DNA from: Anolis carolinensis
Taxonomy: Eukaryota
Length of the DNA: 64,000 nucleotides
NCBI RefSeq assembly: GCF_035594765.1
Contig: NC_085843.1
Coordinates: 260,935,971-260,999,970 of the forward strand
Direction of reading: 5' to 3'
Numbering within the stretch: the first letter of the stretch is position 1; every line of letters begins with the position of its first letter. Positions 1-14,336 of this stretch are shown piece after piece. The notes under the pieces are model-generated. The model was not told where the DNA came from. It made no database searches and saw only the letters and a program-made list of their open reading frames with translations. The position numbers and the translations under genes are program-made.

Positions 1-266
1 GCATCCCTATGCAAGATATGTAAGTGAGGAAAACTATGTGCTACATCAAACAAATGCCCTTCACAACTTAAGGAAGAGATTCAGCTTCTTCTTAAAAGAT
101 GCTAGATGTACCTTCTGTTTCCTTGCATGGCAGAACCATTTTTAAAATGATTCCTCTTTTCTGCTTTGTGTGGCTCCAAATTCAGCAGATTCCTTGAACT
201 TAAATCTGGAGCCTGTAGTTTGAAACCATTTGTCTTGAACTGTGTGGCTTGGGCAATGTATTCTGT

Positions 267-521
267 ATCTAGTGGTGCAATGGGTTAAACCCTTGTGCTG
301 ACAGAACTGGGGACCGACAGTCAGCAGCTTGAATATGGAGAGGGTGGGTGAGCTCCCTATGTCAGCTCCAGCTCCCCATGCAAGGACATGAGAGAAGCTT
401 CCCACAAGGATGGCAAAACATCAAACATCCGGGCATCCCCTGGGCAACGTCCCTGCAGATTGCCAATTCTCTTACACCAGAAGCAACTTGCAGTTTCTCA
501 AGTCGCTCCTGACAGGACAAG
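267..521 (+). mobile_element. Anolis-type tRNA-derived SINE
   Basis: gtggtgcaatgggttaaacccttgtgc head and gcagtttctcaagtcgctcctgaca tail; TSD AATGTATTCTGT (255-266, 522-533); several copies in the window. Confidence 0.85.
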
Positions 522-3500
522 AATGTATTCTGTGGATTGCATAGCTTTGAGGAACATTCAAATACAACAATGATTCTGAAGTAGTCCAAAAGCCACAGCT
601 TTTGATAACATGTGGATTTAGAAATAAATATGGTGAGAGGTCAGAAGAAAAAGTCTTGAAATGTAGGCATCAGGAAGATGCAGGGATTGAAAAACCTATC
701 CTTGATGGGGATATTTTGGAAAGGAAAAGTATGACCTCTGTAGACACTCTTTGTCCTGATTATATTTTAGTCCTTCTGCTACATTTGGTCAGGTTTGTTG
801 GGTGTTTTTCACTAAAGATGCTCTCCCTGTCTCACCAGCTGTTTCATTAACGTCATATCTCCAGATTATCTGGAGATTTGTTTCTATGAAGAAGAAGAAG
901 ATCAATAACAGTTAACATTTATCTACCACTTTCAATTCTCCCAAAATAATTTGTTTGCATTATCTCAAAACCAGCTTTGGCAGATCTTTTGGAATATTGT
1001 ACTGAAAGACTGAGGTTGACAGATACAGATCTGAGGTCACCAGAGGACATATATTAGAGAAGGCCTTTGAACCCTAGCTCGTTGGGGTTTACGGTTTAGA
1101 TTTTTAGCCCCTGCATGACATATGAATTTTCATGGAACTTTCTATCTAAGGTCAATAAATGGAAATAAATGGATAAATATGAGCCTAAACAAAGGTTCAA
1201 ATGAGGTTATTTCAGGGGAGATGGATTAGAGAGGTTCATGAACAATTTATGAAATCAGAATGGAAAGATTAATTTCTGTGAAAAATGCAGCTACAGATTA
1301 AACATACTTCTTCGTATTGCAAACCTAGCTGTGCAGCAAAATATTGGGATAAGCAGAGCATAGCATATTAGTACTGTGAATTTGCCTTGAAGCTATTGAC
1401 CATGACTAGAGTAAATAGCAGACATCAGTCAAATTGTGCACATCATTCAGATGAAATATTTTAGCATTCATTCTAATACTCATACACATTAACAATTTGA
1501 CACTGAAAATTTATCCTCTCCTATATGTGTGTGGGGGGGGGCATATATTCTTCCATATATGCATTGGTGTTGAGTCATTTGTTCATTATACATTTCTTCC
1601 TCTGAGACTTATTATCCAATCTTTAAATCACCTCAGATTTTTTAAGATGGTAGAGATCTTTCAGGACATGAACCAGAAGGTTTCTTAATAAGGTTAACAA
1701 TACAATAGTAATCTACTCATCTATTAACAAAACTAATGAAGCTTTGAAATACAATTTTGTTGGGTGGGTTGTTCTTGGACTTTCAAAATAATTCCATTGA
1801 TATTTTCCTTTTGTCTTCTTTTGTTTTCCATTTTTTGCCAAGTTTTGTGAGAATAAGTCATTCCATTCTCCAAGGAATGAGCAATATAAGTAGTGAAATA
1901 CTACAAAACAAAGCCATTATTTTACAGGAAAAAGAGAAGTAGATTTATTGGGACAATAATTTCAAATAGCATATTGAGGAGCTGAGTTCAGCCAGGACAC
2001 ATATGAAACTGAACTTGGATGTGATTCATTCATGCATTAAAACTTTACAAGGAATAATGTAAAGGGAAAAGATGCTTTGGGAAAAGGTTGCATATTGTTA
2101 TCTATCCTATACTAACAATGATCTCAGTTCTGCAAGTACTGGGTCTCATGTTGCCAAAATAATGTCATCCATTGCAGACACAAGATGTGTTGTTTTTATT
2201 CCACTTTTCTCCAAAATGGGCTTTAAATAAAACTAGATCACCCTACAAATCTTGCTCTACCAACATTTCTTACAACCATAAAGTTGTATATACACAAATC
2301 AGTGCTCAAATTGCTGACTACCCTAAGAAATAAGGAGACCACACCCCAGAAAATGGATATGTGTTATTTTATCAAAGCTGACACCTATTTTTTCCCCTGA
2401 AATGTGCAAAAGGGGAAGAACTACTTAGTGCAGGAGCAGCAAGGGCAGTTGATCTCTTCTAGAGCTCCTCCCCAGCATCTAATCCCAGTGAGAAAACTCC
2501 AAAGCTGGGTTGCTCACCAGCCAATTCAAAGCTCCTGACTCCCAAGTTGCATGAACTCTACTGAAGCCAAATCTCTCAACCCAAGCTTAAGGCCAGTCTT
2601 CTCAATCCCTTTGATCAAATGGCATTTAGGGGCAGTTTCAGAGGTCTATCTTTCACCAAATGGTGCCATAGGTAGTCACCAGATTTCTTTCTCCCTCCAC
2701 GATCTGCAAAATCACCCCCTATTTAAGACTTCATACTCAAACCGAACTAATATAGTTTTATATAAAGCTCTATCAAAAATTCTTACAACTTCAAAGTGAC
2801 AGAATACACACAAAGCAATTCTCAAATTATGGAGGCAGGTGAGGTCCAACCCTCTAACCTGTTGTGACAATTCCCTTGGCTACTATTTTTAGATGGCTCT
2901 GGGGGCGTGATTTGGTTGAGGTTGGAAACATGGAGTAAAAAGTATGGACTTATTTTATTAAAGCATCTCCACTGTGCCATTGAAGCTTTGTCAATTGACA
3001 CACACATATAGACATTAACACATTCACATTCTGAGTCTGGCGTGCTTGAGCTTCTTTTGAACAGTGACTGAATGGAAGTGACATGGTAGCTAAGTAACAA
3101 AGAACAAAGGGCACTCTTTTATATAATTCCCTTTTTCACACTTCACCACCCTGCTTTTTCACATCAAGTCGAAACAAAGTTTGTATAAGCATTTCTTTCG
3201 CTTTAAACTCATTGTTATTTAACACATAAATAGCAGTCCTTTTTAACTTCATAGATATTTACTAGCAAATTGCAATTCTCTATTAGGGAAATGTGTAGAG
3301 GTATCCTTTGGGAAATAGAGTTGCTTTCTACCAGTTTTCTCCCATAGTCCTCATTCATAGGATGATGCGGGTTATAGACTAAGCAATCTGGAAATCACCC
3401 ATTTGGGAAAGGCTGGACCATTATATTGGAGAGCTAACTTTAACTTATAGTTTTGGAAATGTGTGCTAAATGTCAGAATCAAGAAATGACATTTCTGGGG

Positions 3501-3819
3501 TAAACAAAGAAAAACAAATAGAGACTTTTATGTATAAACAGGAATTTAAAACTATTTGCATGATACTGAGAAATCAAAAACTGGCTACAGGGTACAAGAC
3601 TGAAACACAAGCATTTGGCAGATACTGGAAACATCACACCAGACTAATTAGAAAAACAGCAAAGTGGAGAGTCCTGTTTAAACCCCTGTGAGGTCCCTCC
3701 AGGCTCTGTTTTGTCTCCTCATACTAATTAGCATATGCATGAAGCTGCTAGGAGAAGTCATCTGGAGTTTTGGGGTGTGGTGCCATCTACATGACATACA
3801 ACTCTACCACTCTTTTGCA

Positions 3820-4055
3820 TCCTACGCTGTCCAGATCTTAAACAGTGTCTGTCATCAGTTATGAACTGGATTAGGGCAAACAAACTCAAACTTAATCCAG
3901 ACTAGACAGAGGTGCTCCTGGTCAGTTGGAAAGCAGATCAAGGAATAGGGATTCCACCTGTGCTAGATTAATTTACACTCTCCTTAAAGACACAGATTCA
4001 TAGTTTGGGTGTACTCCTAGATTCAAAGTCGAATCCGGAGGCTCATGTTTCTCAG
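3820..4055 (+). mobile_element. Decayed L2/CR1-clade LINE RT fragment
   Basis: encodes a W..ANKLKLNPD*TEVL-type RT C-terminal motif. Confidence 0.7.
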
Positions 4056-4493
4056 TGCTATGAGTTCATAGTGTGTGCAGTTTGGTGAGACACCAGTTCT
4101 CTTTGGCAGAGAAAGGTAAAGACCTTTAAAAACTATGACTCCCATGATTCAGTAGCATTGAGTCATACCAGTTAAAGTGGTGAAACTACATTAAATCTAC
4201 AGTGTAGCTGCACCCTGGGAGAGAACACCCCAAAATTACAGCCAAAGTTGCTAGCTTTTGTGCAGCAGCGATAGCTTGTCGGTGCAAGATGTTGCCAAGG
4301 TTTTAGTAGGTTTTAATATTTACTTCAGCATTTACATTTGTCATTTTAGCATATAAATGTTTTATATCATTTAACTACCACATTCAATACTGTGTTTTAA
4401 CCTTGTTCTTCACTGTGTTTCTTAATATCTAATTGCATATGTTTCTACACTATTCTGATGCTTGTACATTTTCTGTTGCTGGTCATTGACTGT

Positions 4494-4502
<9 letters not shown>

Positions 4503-4526
<24 letters not shown>

Positions 4527-4531
4527 TCACA
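4503..4531. repeat. (AC)n microsatellite
   Basis: seen directly. Confidence 0.95.
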
Positions 4532-4854
4532 CCTGGGAGAGAACAGGATGGGTCAGGACTCTACCCTCAGAATATAGGTTTTCACCCTACAGAATTACAG
4601 TGTCATGGCAATTAACAGTTCATTCTGACAAGCCTGCCTATAGATATTCTTATAGACTGTGGATCTGACAGGTTCAAATAACTTAACTTTCCCAACATGG
4701 CCTTACACCAAATTCACAGAATGATTCTTCCATTCTTGGCTTTGTCTCTTGATAAGACTGGCTTTGGAAGAACATAGCAGACTTTGGAAGCGGCAGGTTG
4801 TTTCCATCTTTCCAAAGATTGCTTTGTTAGGCTCCAATCCTATATTCATTCTAG

Positions 4855-5078
4855 ATGTGTGTTTCAAGTCTTTTCTGACCTATGGTCATCCTAAAGCAAA
4901 CCTATCATGGGGATTTCTGGATAAGATTTGTTCAAAGGACAATTTGTCTTTGTCTCTTGATGCTTTGAGGGTGTGACTTGGCCAAGGTCATTCCATGGGT
5001 TTCCATGGCCAAATGGGGAGTCAAGTCCTCTTTTCCAGAGTCATAGTTCAAGGCTCAAACTACTACAACACATTGGCT
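4855..5078 (-). mobile_element. Old tRNA-derived squamate SINE (MIR-like); related copies near 8940-9040 (+), 42113-42312 (+), 42800-42950 (+), 45175-45380 (-), 55533-55745 (+)
   Basis: shared gagccag..tggtgtagtggtttgag head and ccatggaaaccca core between copies; boundaries approximate. Confidence 0.6.
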
Positions 5079-5653
5079 CCAATTTACCCAGGAGCAAAGC
5101 CCACTGAACTCAAGAAGACATCCTTCTGATTAGGCATGCAAAGGATTGTGCTGCTGTTTGGATTAAGTCATCCTTGATATTTGGCTATGCTACAACAGAC
5201 AGTCTGGATGAAACCGTTAATGTGGGGATTATTGTGGGAGGGTAGATGCAGCATGCTGTCTGGCCACGTCTAGCTCTGAGATCTTCCAGTATGATTAGCT
5301 GTTTTCAAACTGATTTAATCATGGGCAATTGCTAACAAAAGCAGGAGAAGGATACAACCACTTTTAGAACTCAGTTATTTTTGAGACATTTCATCCATGT
5401 CCTATCCAAATGAGAGAAACCCCCACCCTTAGTTATGACAAAGTTAAGCAATGAAAAGCATGGACCGCTGGAGCTTGTCAGCCAATTAAACTGAAAGCAT
5501 TCAGAGTCCTTGGAGTATATTCTCATTAGAAAAAGACTCATCGAACAAATCAACTTCACCAGAGTCCCTGAGGAAAAACTATCCTAATTATAATGTGTTT
5601 TGTATATCAAAGGAAAGCCCTAAAGAGTAACAAATCATTGTATTTCTTTCTAG

Positions 5654-5691
5654 GGACATGGGTCACCTTTGGAGGTCAGATCTCTGATGAG
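5654..5691 (+). CDS. KCNAB1: KCNAB1 coding exon (38 nt; (G)TWVTFGGQISDE)
   Basis: tttctttctag acceptor and gtaagc donor; translation matches the Kv-beta core motif GTWVTFGGQISDE. Confidence 0.96.
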
Positions 5692-6668
5692 GTAAGCAAT
5701 TTACCATTTATAAAACAGAACGTGAGTGCTACTCATATACATGTGGCTTTAATTAAAAGTCAAGTCACAGAAAGTCTGAATAAATTGATTCTATTCCTGT
5801 CACAGGAAGTAGCAGAGAATGATCATACAGAGCGAGGTGAGAGCTTGTGCGCCTTGTACATGTCAGAGCATTGATGCTCTTCACAGAATCTGAAATTTAA
5901 TGAAGATCTCTTTTCTTTTGCAATCCATTTAAAATATTTCAAGAAATGACAGACTTGGTTCCAAAAAGAAAGACATAGGCATTCAACTGGCCAATCATAT
6001 TTTCTGGTAATTAAGTCAAACGTGAGGGAAACATTTGTTTAGAGGGGAGTTGTCCTTGCCTTCCTCTAAGAAAGTATGACTTACCCACGTTCACCCAGTA
6101 GGTTTTCATCAATGAGTGGGAATTTGAATTCTGGCCTTCCAGTGTCCCAGTCCACTAAACCATGCTGTTATAGGAAATCCTGTTTTTGGAAGCTTGAAAC
6201 CCTGTATTGTATAAGGGCCTTATGGGATACCTCATATTCTTTGACTTATTTCAAGCAGATACCAACATACCAATTCCTGAGATTTGAAATGCATCAGAAT
6301 AGCCTTTTGTATCAAATAGTGGACATTTGTCTATTGGGATCACAGCTGGTTTGAACTGATGGTTTTCCTCCTTCCTGTCAGAGCAAACCCAAATCATGCT
6401 CCAACTATTCCTTCTATTACTTGTAGAGGGAAGAATAAAAAGAGTGGGTTTCAACTGTCACTGCAACAGACAGGCCCTCTTTGATGCCATTTTACAGTGT
6501 ACATAACCATTCTGGGGTCAGTTGCTCTTGTGATCATTTCTGACATCTTGTTTTCCCAAAAGCAGGTCTCAGTCATACTCACAACATGCCATTTTATTGT
6601 TGGGAGATGTGATGCTTACCAAGGCTGCAGCATTTGAATGGGTGGTGATATATTTACTTAATATATAC

Positions 6669-6803
6669 CAGTGGTTCCCAACCTTTGGGCCTCTAGTTGT
6701 TTTGGACTTCAACTCCCAGAAATCCCAGCCAGCTTACCAACTGTTAGGAACTGTGGGAGCTGAAGTCCAAAACACCTGGAGTCTCAAAGGTTGGAAACCA
6801 CTG
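6669..6803. mobile_element. hAT-family MITE
   Basis: TIRs CAGTGGTTCCCAACCTTTG / CAAAGGTTGGAAACCACTG; 8-bp TSD ATATATAC/GTATATAC. Confidence 0.85.
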
Positions 6804-9480
6804 GTATATACACAATATATCTCACTATCTTAGGGAAATTGACCAGGTGACTTGTGTGCCATATGACTGTTAATTGCTGAGGAGCATCTCCATGTTCATT
6901 CTTCTAATTCTTCTTCAAGTTCAGTCAAATGTTAACTGCATGATTTCCTTCAAAACCTTAAATATGCATCTGTCTTAAGGTTTGGTAATTTACAGATTTA
7001 CTTTATTAAAGGAGTAAAAGACTGGTAACCAATTATGAAAGAATACTAACTTAAGCTCAGTTTTCAATAAGGAAGGGAGGAAGAAAGACAGATTTTATAG
7101 ATGTTTAAACTTTCTTGTGCAGTCGCCATTTTGTGATCAATACGATAAATCATACAATAAGACCCAAGTATCCATGGAATCAATACCTGTGATTTCATCT
7201 ACCTTCATCTGACAGAATATGCTCTCTCTAGGAATGTTTTAAGTCCTTCAGGTGATCCTATGATAATTTCTAGCTGAATTCATCCATTTTAATAGTGTTT
7301 GCTATTATCCATGGTTTCAGTGGTAAGTTCAGGAGCATATTTCTCTTAGATACAGAGGTCACATTGGAGTTTACATAATTCTGAAGGAGAAACTTTTAAA
7401 GAGAGAAAAAATAAGGAAAAATAATCTCACAAATATGTCTTTGTCTTCACAATTCAAACCATGCCAGCGTTCTTTTATTCACCTGTGAGGGAGGAGAGGT
7501 TCCCAGCAGCAGCCATGAAAGTTGAGAAAGACAATGACTTATTACAGAGCCAACCTAGTAAGCTGAAAGGTACAACAGGAGGGAATTCACCACTGTATGC
7601 ACTAATAAATGCCAAAATCTTGGGCAGCTGTCAATGTGTCTTATGAGCACTTCTTAGCCTGGAGGACAGTGATTTCTAAGTTTTAGGAGGTAGCCATTAA
7701 TGACAAGCCTTTTGTCATAGCTCTTCCCTACTTGAACATCAGCGGTGGCCTTAAGGCTAGAATGATTCAAGTGGAAACTTCCCTAATGAATACAAAAAGA
7801 CAGTTGAAGACATTTTGAGGACTTTATCATGATAAATGAAATGGCTTTTTTGCTTTTTAATGATACCTCTGAACATGTCTTCCGTAATCAGTCATCTCAG
7901 TCTACTTAGTACAGAAAGTTTTGCAATTAGGCTACACTAAACCAAATGCACCTTATGAAGCTGTTCTGCCTGGTGATTTCTATGTCTCTAGTGTGTGTCC
8001 ATTGGTCAGTGAGTCCACTCTGTATTTATTTTCAACTTTGAATGTTCTATCCTTTTCTAAAACATTTAGATGGTTTATTTACATTCCAAAAAGATATGTG
8101 AATGTCTAGTTCAGCAGTTCTTAAAGTGTGCTCTGCAAAGCCCTTTGGGCTCCGCAAGGCATACTGAGGGGATCCGTGCTGTCCTCCTCCTTTTTCCTCC
8201 TTCTCCTTTTCGTGCTCCAGGGATCCTGAGGCCTGCACTCCCTCCTTCCTTCCCTTCCTTTGTTTTCCTCCCTCCCTTCAATCCTTCCTACCTTTCTTTC
8301 TTACTCTGGAAACAAAGAGGATGTTTCCGTTTCAAGGAAGAGGAGGATCGGGACTTTAAGATCCAAGCTGGGCTTTGTGAGGTGCTCCCAGTGGCCCTTG
8401 GCCTCCAAAGGGCTGAACGTTATCACCAAAATACCTGCAATGCCTTGGATAGTTCCTTTCAAATTCTCACTAAAAGCCAGAACAAACTTCATCACCTTTT
8501 TGTCATGGGAGCCAACAGGCACAGCTACTACCATCAAGCTGATATTTTGGCCAGCCAGGTGCATGACAGCTCAAAGTGATAAAGCCTTATGAGACTGTCC
8601 TTGCTTGGCTTAGGGTTCTTCTCAACCTTCAAGGAAAGTTATTTGAAAAACAAGAAAAAACATAGTTAAGAAATCCCCAGAGCTTTGTAAAGCGTGCAGT
8701 ACTCCCTGTATCTATCCATACACACAACTTCTTTATGCATCCCAAGATCATTCCCTCCACCCTAGTATCCTCACAAATAATGGTCTTCAGTTTGCAAAGC
8801 TATCTAGCCCAGATCTGATCAAACAGTAAAAAAAATAGAAGAGTGTAACCAGTGTTGTGAAGTTGCCCACAAGCCATTATCACCAGAGCAGTATGTAGAT
8901 TGTGGTCATTATATCAAATTTGTGCCTAAGAAGATATGAGGACCAGTGTGGTATAGTGGTTCGAGTGTTGTGCTGGGGCTTCAGAGATCCAACTTCAAGT
9001 CCCATTGAAAACCATAAAAGTCACTCATTGACCTTGTATTCAGAGCAGAGGGAAGCCAGCCATATGGGATACCTTAGGCCTCTCAAAAATATAGGATATA
9101 TATTTGATAAATAAACACACATGGAAGCATTATGTAAACGTTTGCTCTCTTTTGTATTCTCTTCTGCTGACTTCCCCTCTTCTGCAAATACATTTCTTCA
9201 TTTTTTGCAGTGCATATATGTCTACTTCATATCATCCTCCTTCAGACTCCCAAGGCCATTCCTGCCACTCTCAGCCCCAAAACAAACTATCCCCCCTTCT
9301 TTGTTTCCCTTGTCATTTTGAGTAATGTAGCCGCAGCAGGATGACAGAAGGGGCTGTTAAGCAGTGGAGGGTCATGGCTCTGATGTCTGTTGAATGAATG
9401 TGCTTTAGGCTTTAGGAACTATCTGAGATGCCAGATGCCTTTACCCAAATAGATTCAGAACTTTGGATAGCTCATTTAAA

Positions 9481-9792
9481 GAAAAAGGTAAAGGTTTTCC
9501 CCTGACGTTAAGTCCAGTTGTGACCGACTCTGGGGGGTTGGTGCTCATCTCCATTTCTAAGCCGAAGAGCCGCTGTTATCCGTAGACACCTCCAAGGTCA
9601 TGTGACTGGCATGACTGCATGGAGCGCCGTTACCTTCCCACCGGAGCAGTACCTATTGATCTACTCACATTTGCATGTTTTCGAACTGCTAGGTTGGCAG
9701 AAGCTGGAGCTAACAGAGGGATTTGAACCTGGGACCTTTTGGTCCACAATTTCAGCAGCTCAGCGCTTTAACACACTGCGCCACCAGGGGCC
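9481..9792 (-). mobile_element. Sauria SINE with a small internal deletion
   Basis: (ACCTTT)n tail and tRNA-like head; TSD CATTTAAA (9473-9480, 9793-9800); high identity to 14699 and 59508 copies. Confidence 0.92.
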
Positions 9793-11355
9793 CATTTAAA
9801 CTGCATACTAAAAAAAACCTGCACAAACATCAGATTCACCATCCATCTCCACGACAAATGGGCAGCTGTTTTCTTCACTCTCTGTTTCAATCCACATTGC
9901 TCAGACAAAGTCACTATGAACAAGTCCACTTCCAAAATTAAGCATATCATCATTTTTGATATCTGTCATTAACTGCTGTGAACACTTACCATTGATTTTC
10001 CCTCCCAAATGTGTTGGCCTTCAAAATAATTGGCTACTTCCCAAAGGAAATCTGAGTACAGCTATGGCATATATAAAACGAATCTGCTTTCTTTTATTAG
10101 AGAAGCCAGAAAAATGGGCGATTTTGTTCTAAAGATCATAAAGTCAAAATGTTACTTTTCTCTTATATCCTCTGCTCATAGCCAAACCACGTGACTGTTG
10201 TGGACAGAATCTAAAGGTTGGCTGCATAATAAAAGATGTTGATGAAAAGAAACCTAATTTTCATTATCTGAATTTCAGCAGTTTTATAACGAAGCAAATA
10301 ACATTGCTGTAGTAATTCAGCATTTTAGAGATAACCCTTGTTTATCCCTTATCTTGCTGTGCAAATGCACCCTTGGGGACATTCTGTAGACAAAGAAGCA
10401 GTGAGAATAGCTAGGTAGAAACTCTAATCAGGGATAATGGAAATAGATAGCATCTCAGTTGCGGTATGAGCAGGAAACTTTAATAGCAGCCATTAACAAA
10501 GTGGTAACAAGGCTTAGAGAGTTACTTTCTTGAAGTACAATTCCCCAGATCCCCTAGTCAGTATGACCAGTGGAAGCTAAACCACAAGAAAGGAACTATT
10601 CTAAGTTCTGGTGACTGCTGAGCCGTTTGATCCAGGCTCTGGCTTTGATGAGTTGATTGAAGCATATGGTGTTGCTAATGAACCATTTTCTCTATTCATG
10701 CTACAGGAGGTAGATTCAAACCTACTCATGAATTCATTTAAGTGCTTCTCATTGAAATCTGACTTTGAGGCAGGACTGGTCCTACATTTTTTTAAAAAAA
10801 ACAATAATTCAAGAACATTTTTGTATTGTGTTTGAGTTTAATCCAATAATAATAAATATCAATAGCAAAAAAATTGAATAATCCTTTAGAAATAGCTCAT
10901 TGAAACCATCAGTGTTAACACTAAAAATGTTTGACATTGAGAACAATAATCAGGAGGTAATTCTTTGGCAGTGAGCAGCAGCTGCCTTGAACAGAAGGTT
11001 TTTAGTACCATGGAAAGGAAACAAATTGTTAAGTATTCATTGACATTGTTATTATTGGCCAGGGTCCAGGGGTTTTGGCACAGCAGAATGCCCTGCTGGC
11101 ATCGCTGCACTAGATTGCCCGGTGGGTGCCCGCAGCCAGAGGCTGATTCTTTCTGGAGAAGCCTATTTCTTTGATAAGATATTTCTTCAACACCTAGTTC
11201 TGGGAATCCTGGAGGCAAGGTGCTATGAGAATTTTCCCTGTGCCTTTTTGGCAGGCTGTTTCCCAAGACATCCCTCCCACGGTGCCCACGCCAAGGATCC
11301 CCAAGAGGCAAGCACTGAAGCAATGAATAGTCATGTTACTTTGGAATATGAATGA

Positions 11356-11556
11356 GTGCCTCTGCTACTGTAGAATTAATGCAGTTTGATACCACTTTAA
11401 ACCGGCTGTGATTCAATGTTATGGAATCCTGGGCATTGTAGTTTGTTGAGGTGAGCAGAGAAAGCTAAAGACGCTGTAAAACTACCTCTCTCAGGATTCC
11501 ATTACATTGAGCAGTTAAAGTGGTGTCAAACTGCATTAATTCTACCATGTAGATAC
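11356..11556. mobile_element. Palindromic Harbinger-like MITE; related copies near 4065-4216, 24010-24175, 28648-29140, 43008-43326
   Basis: long inverted arms gtagaattaatgcagtttgatacc / ggtgtcaaactgcattaattctac. Confidence 0.7.
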
Positions 11557-11603
11557 TTCTGCTTTCAGTGGCACTCACCGCTTTGACTCCCACTTGTGGG
11601 ATT

Positions 11604-11751
11604 TTGTGTGTGTCAGGAGTGACTTGAGAAACTGCAAGTCACTTCTGGTACAAGAGAATTGGCCATCTACAAGGATGTTGCCCAGGGCACGCCTGGATGT
11701 TTTGATGTTTTGCCATCCATGTGGGAGGCTTGCTTCATGTTCCTGCATGGA
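11604..11751 (-). mobile_element. Anolis-type tRNA SINE, 3' half
   Basis: reverse complement of the 3' part of 267-521. Confidence 0.8.
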
Positions 11752-12171
11752 ATTGTGGGTGAAAAATGGGATGAAAATAAATAAATAATAATAATATGAA
11801 AAAAAGATATTGTAGTACCTTTGTGACTGAGAGAAAAAAAGTTGTAGCGTAAGGTTTCATAGACTTTGGACTTTATCACATGAGGCTGATATTATACAAT
11901 AATGACATGATAAGAATACTTGTGACTAGAGCCTACTCCACAATGATGTGCATCTCCCATAGTCATATTGAGCTTTAATCATGATTGAATATTCTCTTTT
12001 CATTGAGGGGGGAAACATGTGAATGAATCCAATATTGCTGTTCTCTTGTCGCTCTTCTTCGTGTGATAATGTCCTTCCACCTCAGTTCAGTATTGAAGTC
12101 TCATGAGAAAGCCAAACTGCACTACAATGGGGGTGGGGTATAAAAAAAACACAATATGCATACAAACATGA

Positions 12172-12700
12172 TGTCATGCTTTATCAGAAGAACAGTCCAA
12201 AACAATCAGTAGAAGGAAGTAAGCTAGTCAAAGTCAACAGTTGAAAATCAGAAGCACAAAATTCAAACAGCAAACTGATAAGGGTGAGCCAATACTGAAG
12301 TCCAAAGTCCAATTAGCCAAAATCATACTGGAAACGTAACAGAGTCAACTCATGAACCAAAAAAAGCCATGGTCACAATCCAGGGTCAAAATGCCAGTAG
12401 TCTGAAAAGCAGCAGAGTCAGGTTCTAAGCCAAGATACAACAATGTTGTCTGCCACAACAAAACTCCACACGGAGAGCCTTTTTATTCTGTGATTTCAGC
12501 AGTTGCTTGCTTAAGCCTCGTAATCTCAAAGACCTGTGATACACTGCACGCTTTTTCCTGCGCTCCAAAGGTGTGGGTATTTTTAACCATTTGCTAGCCT
12601 GTTCTGAAGTACTTGCTTCAGCTTGCTCAGGCTGCTGGGGATTGAATGCAATTGCTGAACTCAAGTCTTCTTGACTTGCTTCCCACCCATGTGTCATGGC
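12172..12700 (-). mobile_element. Possible decayed LTR (Gypsy-like)
   Basis: TGTCATG...CATGGCA ends, repetitive agtccaaa tracts, AATAAA on -; no TSD found. Confidence 0.3.
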
Positions 12701-13709
12701 AGCACTAATTGGAGAATGAAAGCTTAGGCTGCAATTCCTTTATCTCAGTCGCAAAGGGGCTACAAGAGCCCATTGAATACTGAAGAAATAGGTCACTCTG
12801 CAGACAGACAGCCTCTGGCTAGAATTACATGTTGGACAGCAACCTTTTTCTAATTTACCACCACCGTCAGCCATTCCTGGCCATCTATTACTGCCCCCAC
12901 TTGCACAGGAGGACTTGGATACTTCTCTAAAGGGCCCTGGCCATAATGTCTTTGCAACCAGAAATGGGTAGAGGTACTTGAGGGACTTTCTGCCTTCTTG
13001 GCCAAAAAAAAAAAAAACCAAACCCTTGCTATTTTTGTGTACTATGAAGGTTGACTTGAGTGGTGGAGAGAGGAGTATTCTTTGTTGTTCGGACTCCATA
13101 TAATTGAGAGGCTTATGTTTCTGTCACTCCTGCTAATAAGACAGGATCTATGCAATTGATAGAATCATTGATATAGCATAAGTAAAATTACATTTGAGGA
13201 AGGGAAGAAAAAAGGGCATTAGGCTGTTTCTTATCTCTACAGTACTGTGTAGGTTCACTCTTCTGACCTGTATCATCTAGATTGAAAAAGCCCTGAGGAT
13301 CAGTGTAGAACTGCAAGGCACAAGGTTACCATCTTGACATGCTTGTCTGGGAGAAAGTTATATGTCTACACACATCAGCTTTTTTGCTATCGAAATGAGT
13401 ATAGGCACTGCAGAAATTGGACTTCATCATCATTCCTTTAGTCTGTCCTTTTTGTCCTAGAACGCTTTAGGCCATGAATTAAATTCAAAATGCTACTCAT
13501 AGTATCAGTCATCTTTCATGTGCTTCCAAGTTCCTTGTCCACTCTTCATGGTTTAAAAATGAAAATTGATTTGGGGCTGAGTTCTTTGATTCCTCTCTTT
13601 ATAGCTCTTCTATCCTGAATCATTTTCAACAGTGCAGCAAAGCATGGAAGGCTATGATTGCAGAAATGTCTTATTCCTGAGACTAATCCTATGTCTCTGT
13701 TTCCCAAAG

Positions 13710-13789
13710 ATTGCTGAACGGCTAATGACGATTGCCTATGAGAGTGGAGTAAATCTGTTTGACACAGCAGAGGTATATGCAGCTGGAAA
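13710..13789 (+). CDS. KCNAB1: KCNAB1 coding exon (80 nt; [26 protein letters not shown](K)), with the AKR catalytic Asp and Tyr
   Basis: cccaaag acceptor, gtaagt donor; phase fits neighbours; FDTAEVY motif. Confidence 0.97.
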
Positions 13790-13945
13790 GTAAGTATCTA
13801 ATCTTGCTATATAGGATCAAGTTTTAAAAAACAAACAAAAACAAAACCCTAACCCCTGGTCTATTGAAATGCTGTTTCTTTTGACAGGTACTAACTTGGC
13901 TAAAATATAGAAGGAAAGTTTTACTGCCATCATTGAGCTTCCCTT

Positions 13946-14336
13946 GGGCCTTTCCAGACAGGCCCAAAACCTGGGAGAAACTGGGTTTTTTTTAAACACA
14001 GTTCCTCTTGGGTTCTGTTCCCACACTTCCCACAACCCCAGAGGGAAATGGGGGGGGGGGCTGAGTGGGAGGGGGGCACCATCCTGCTCCTTCAGACTTC
14101 AGGAGCCCAAAGAACTGGGATGGCTGTGGGAATTGACTCAATCCCCACCAGGCTCACACCTGGAAATATATGGACCTTAGTTTAAGGTCCGGATCTTTCA
14201 AGGTATTTATTATTCTGGAGCAAACAGAGCAGTCCCAGTTTTTTCTGGATTAATTCAGTTTTACCTTAAGCATCATTTAGACACCTCAGGTGAAACCGAG
14301 ATAGGTCCCTCATTTTGTATCTGTCTGGAAGGGCCC
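13946..14336. mobile_element. Harbinger-like MITE
   Basis: TIRs GGGCCTTTCCAGACAG / CTGTCTGGAAGGGCCC. Confidence 0.65.

Noticed and set aside
1-5653. KCNAB1 N-terminal exons or the NLGKSGLRVSCLGL exon
   Set aside because: Not found in this stretch; presumably upstream of the window
8070-8579. Longest ORF (169 aa) as a nested gene
   Set aside because: Non-ATG start, low-complexity pyrimidine tract, overlap with a hAT-like end, and no recognisable domain
10886-11323. 145-aa ORF on -
   Set aside because: No recognisable homology or splice context; expected by chance
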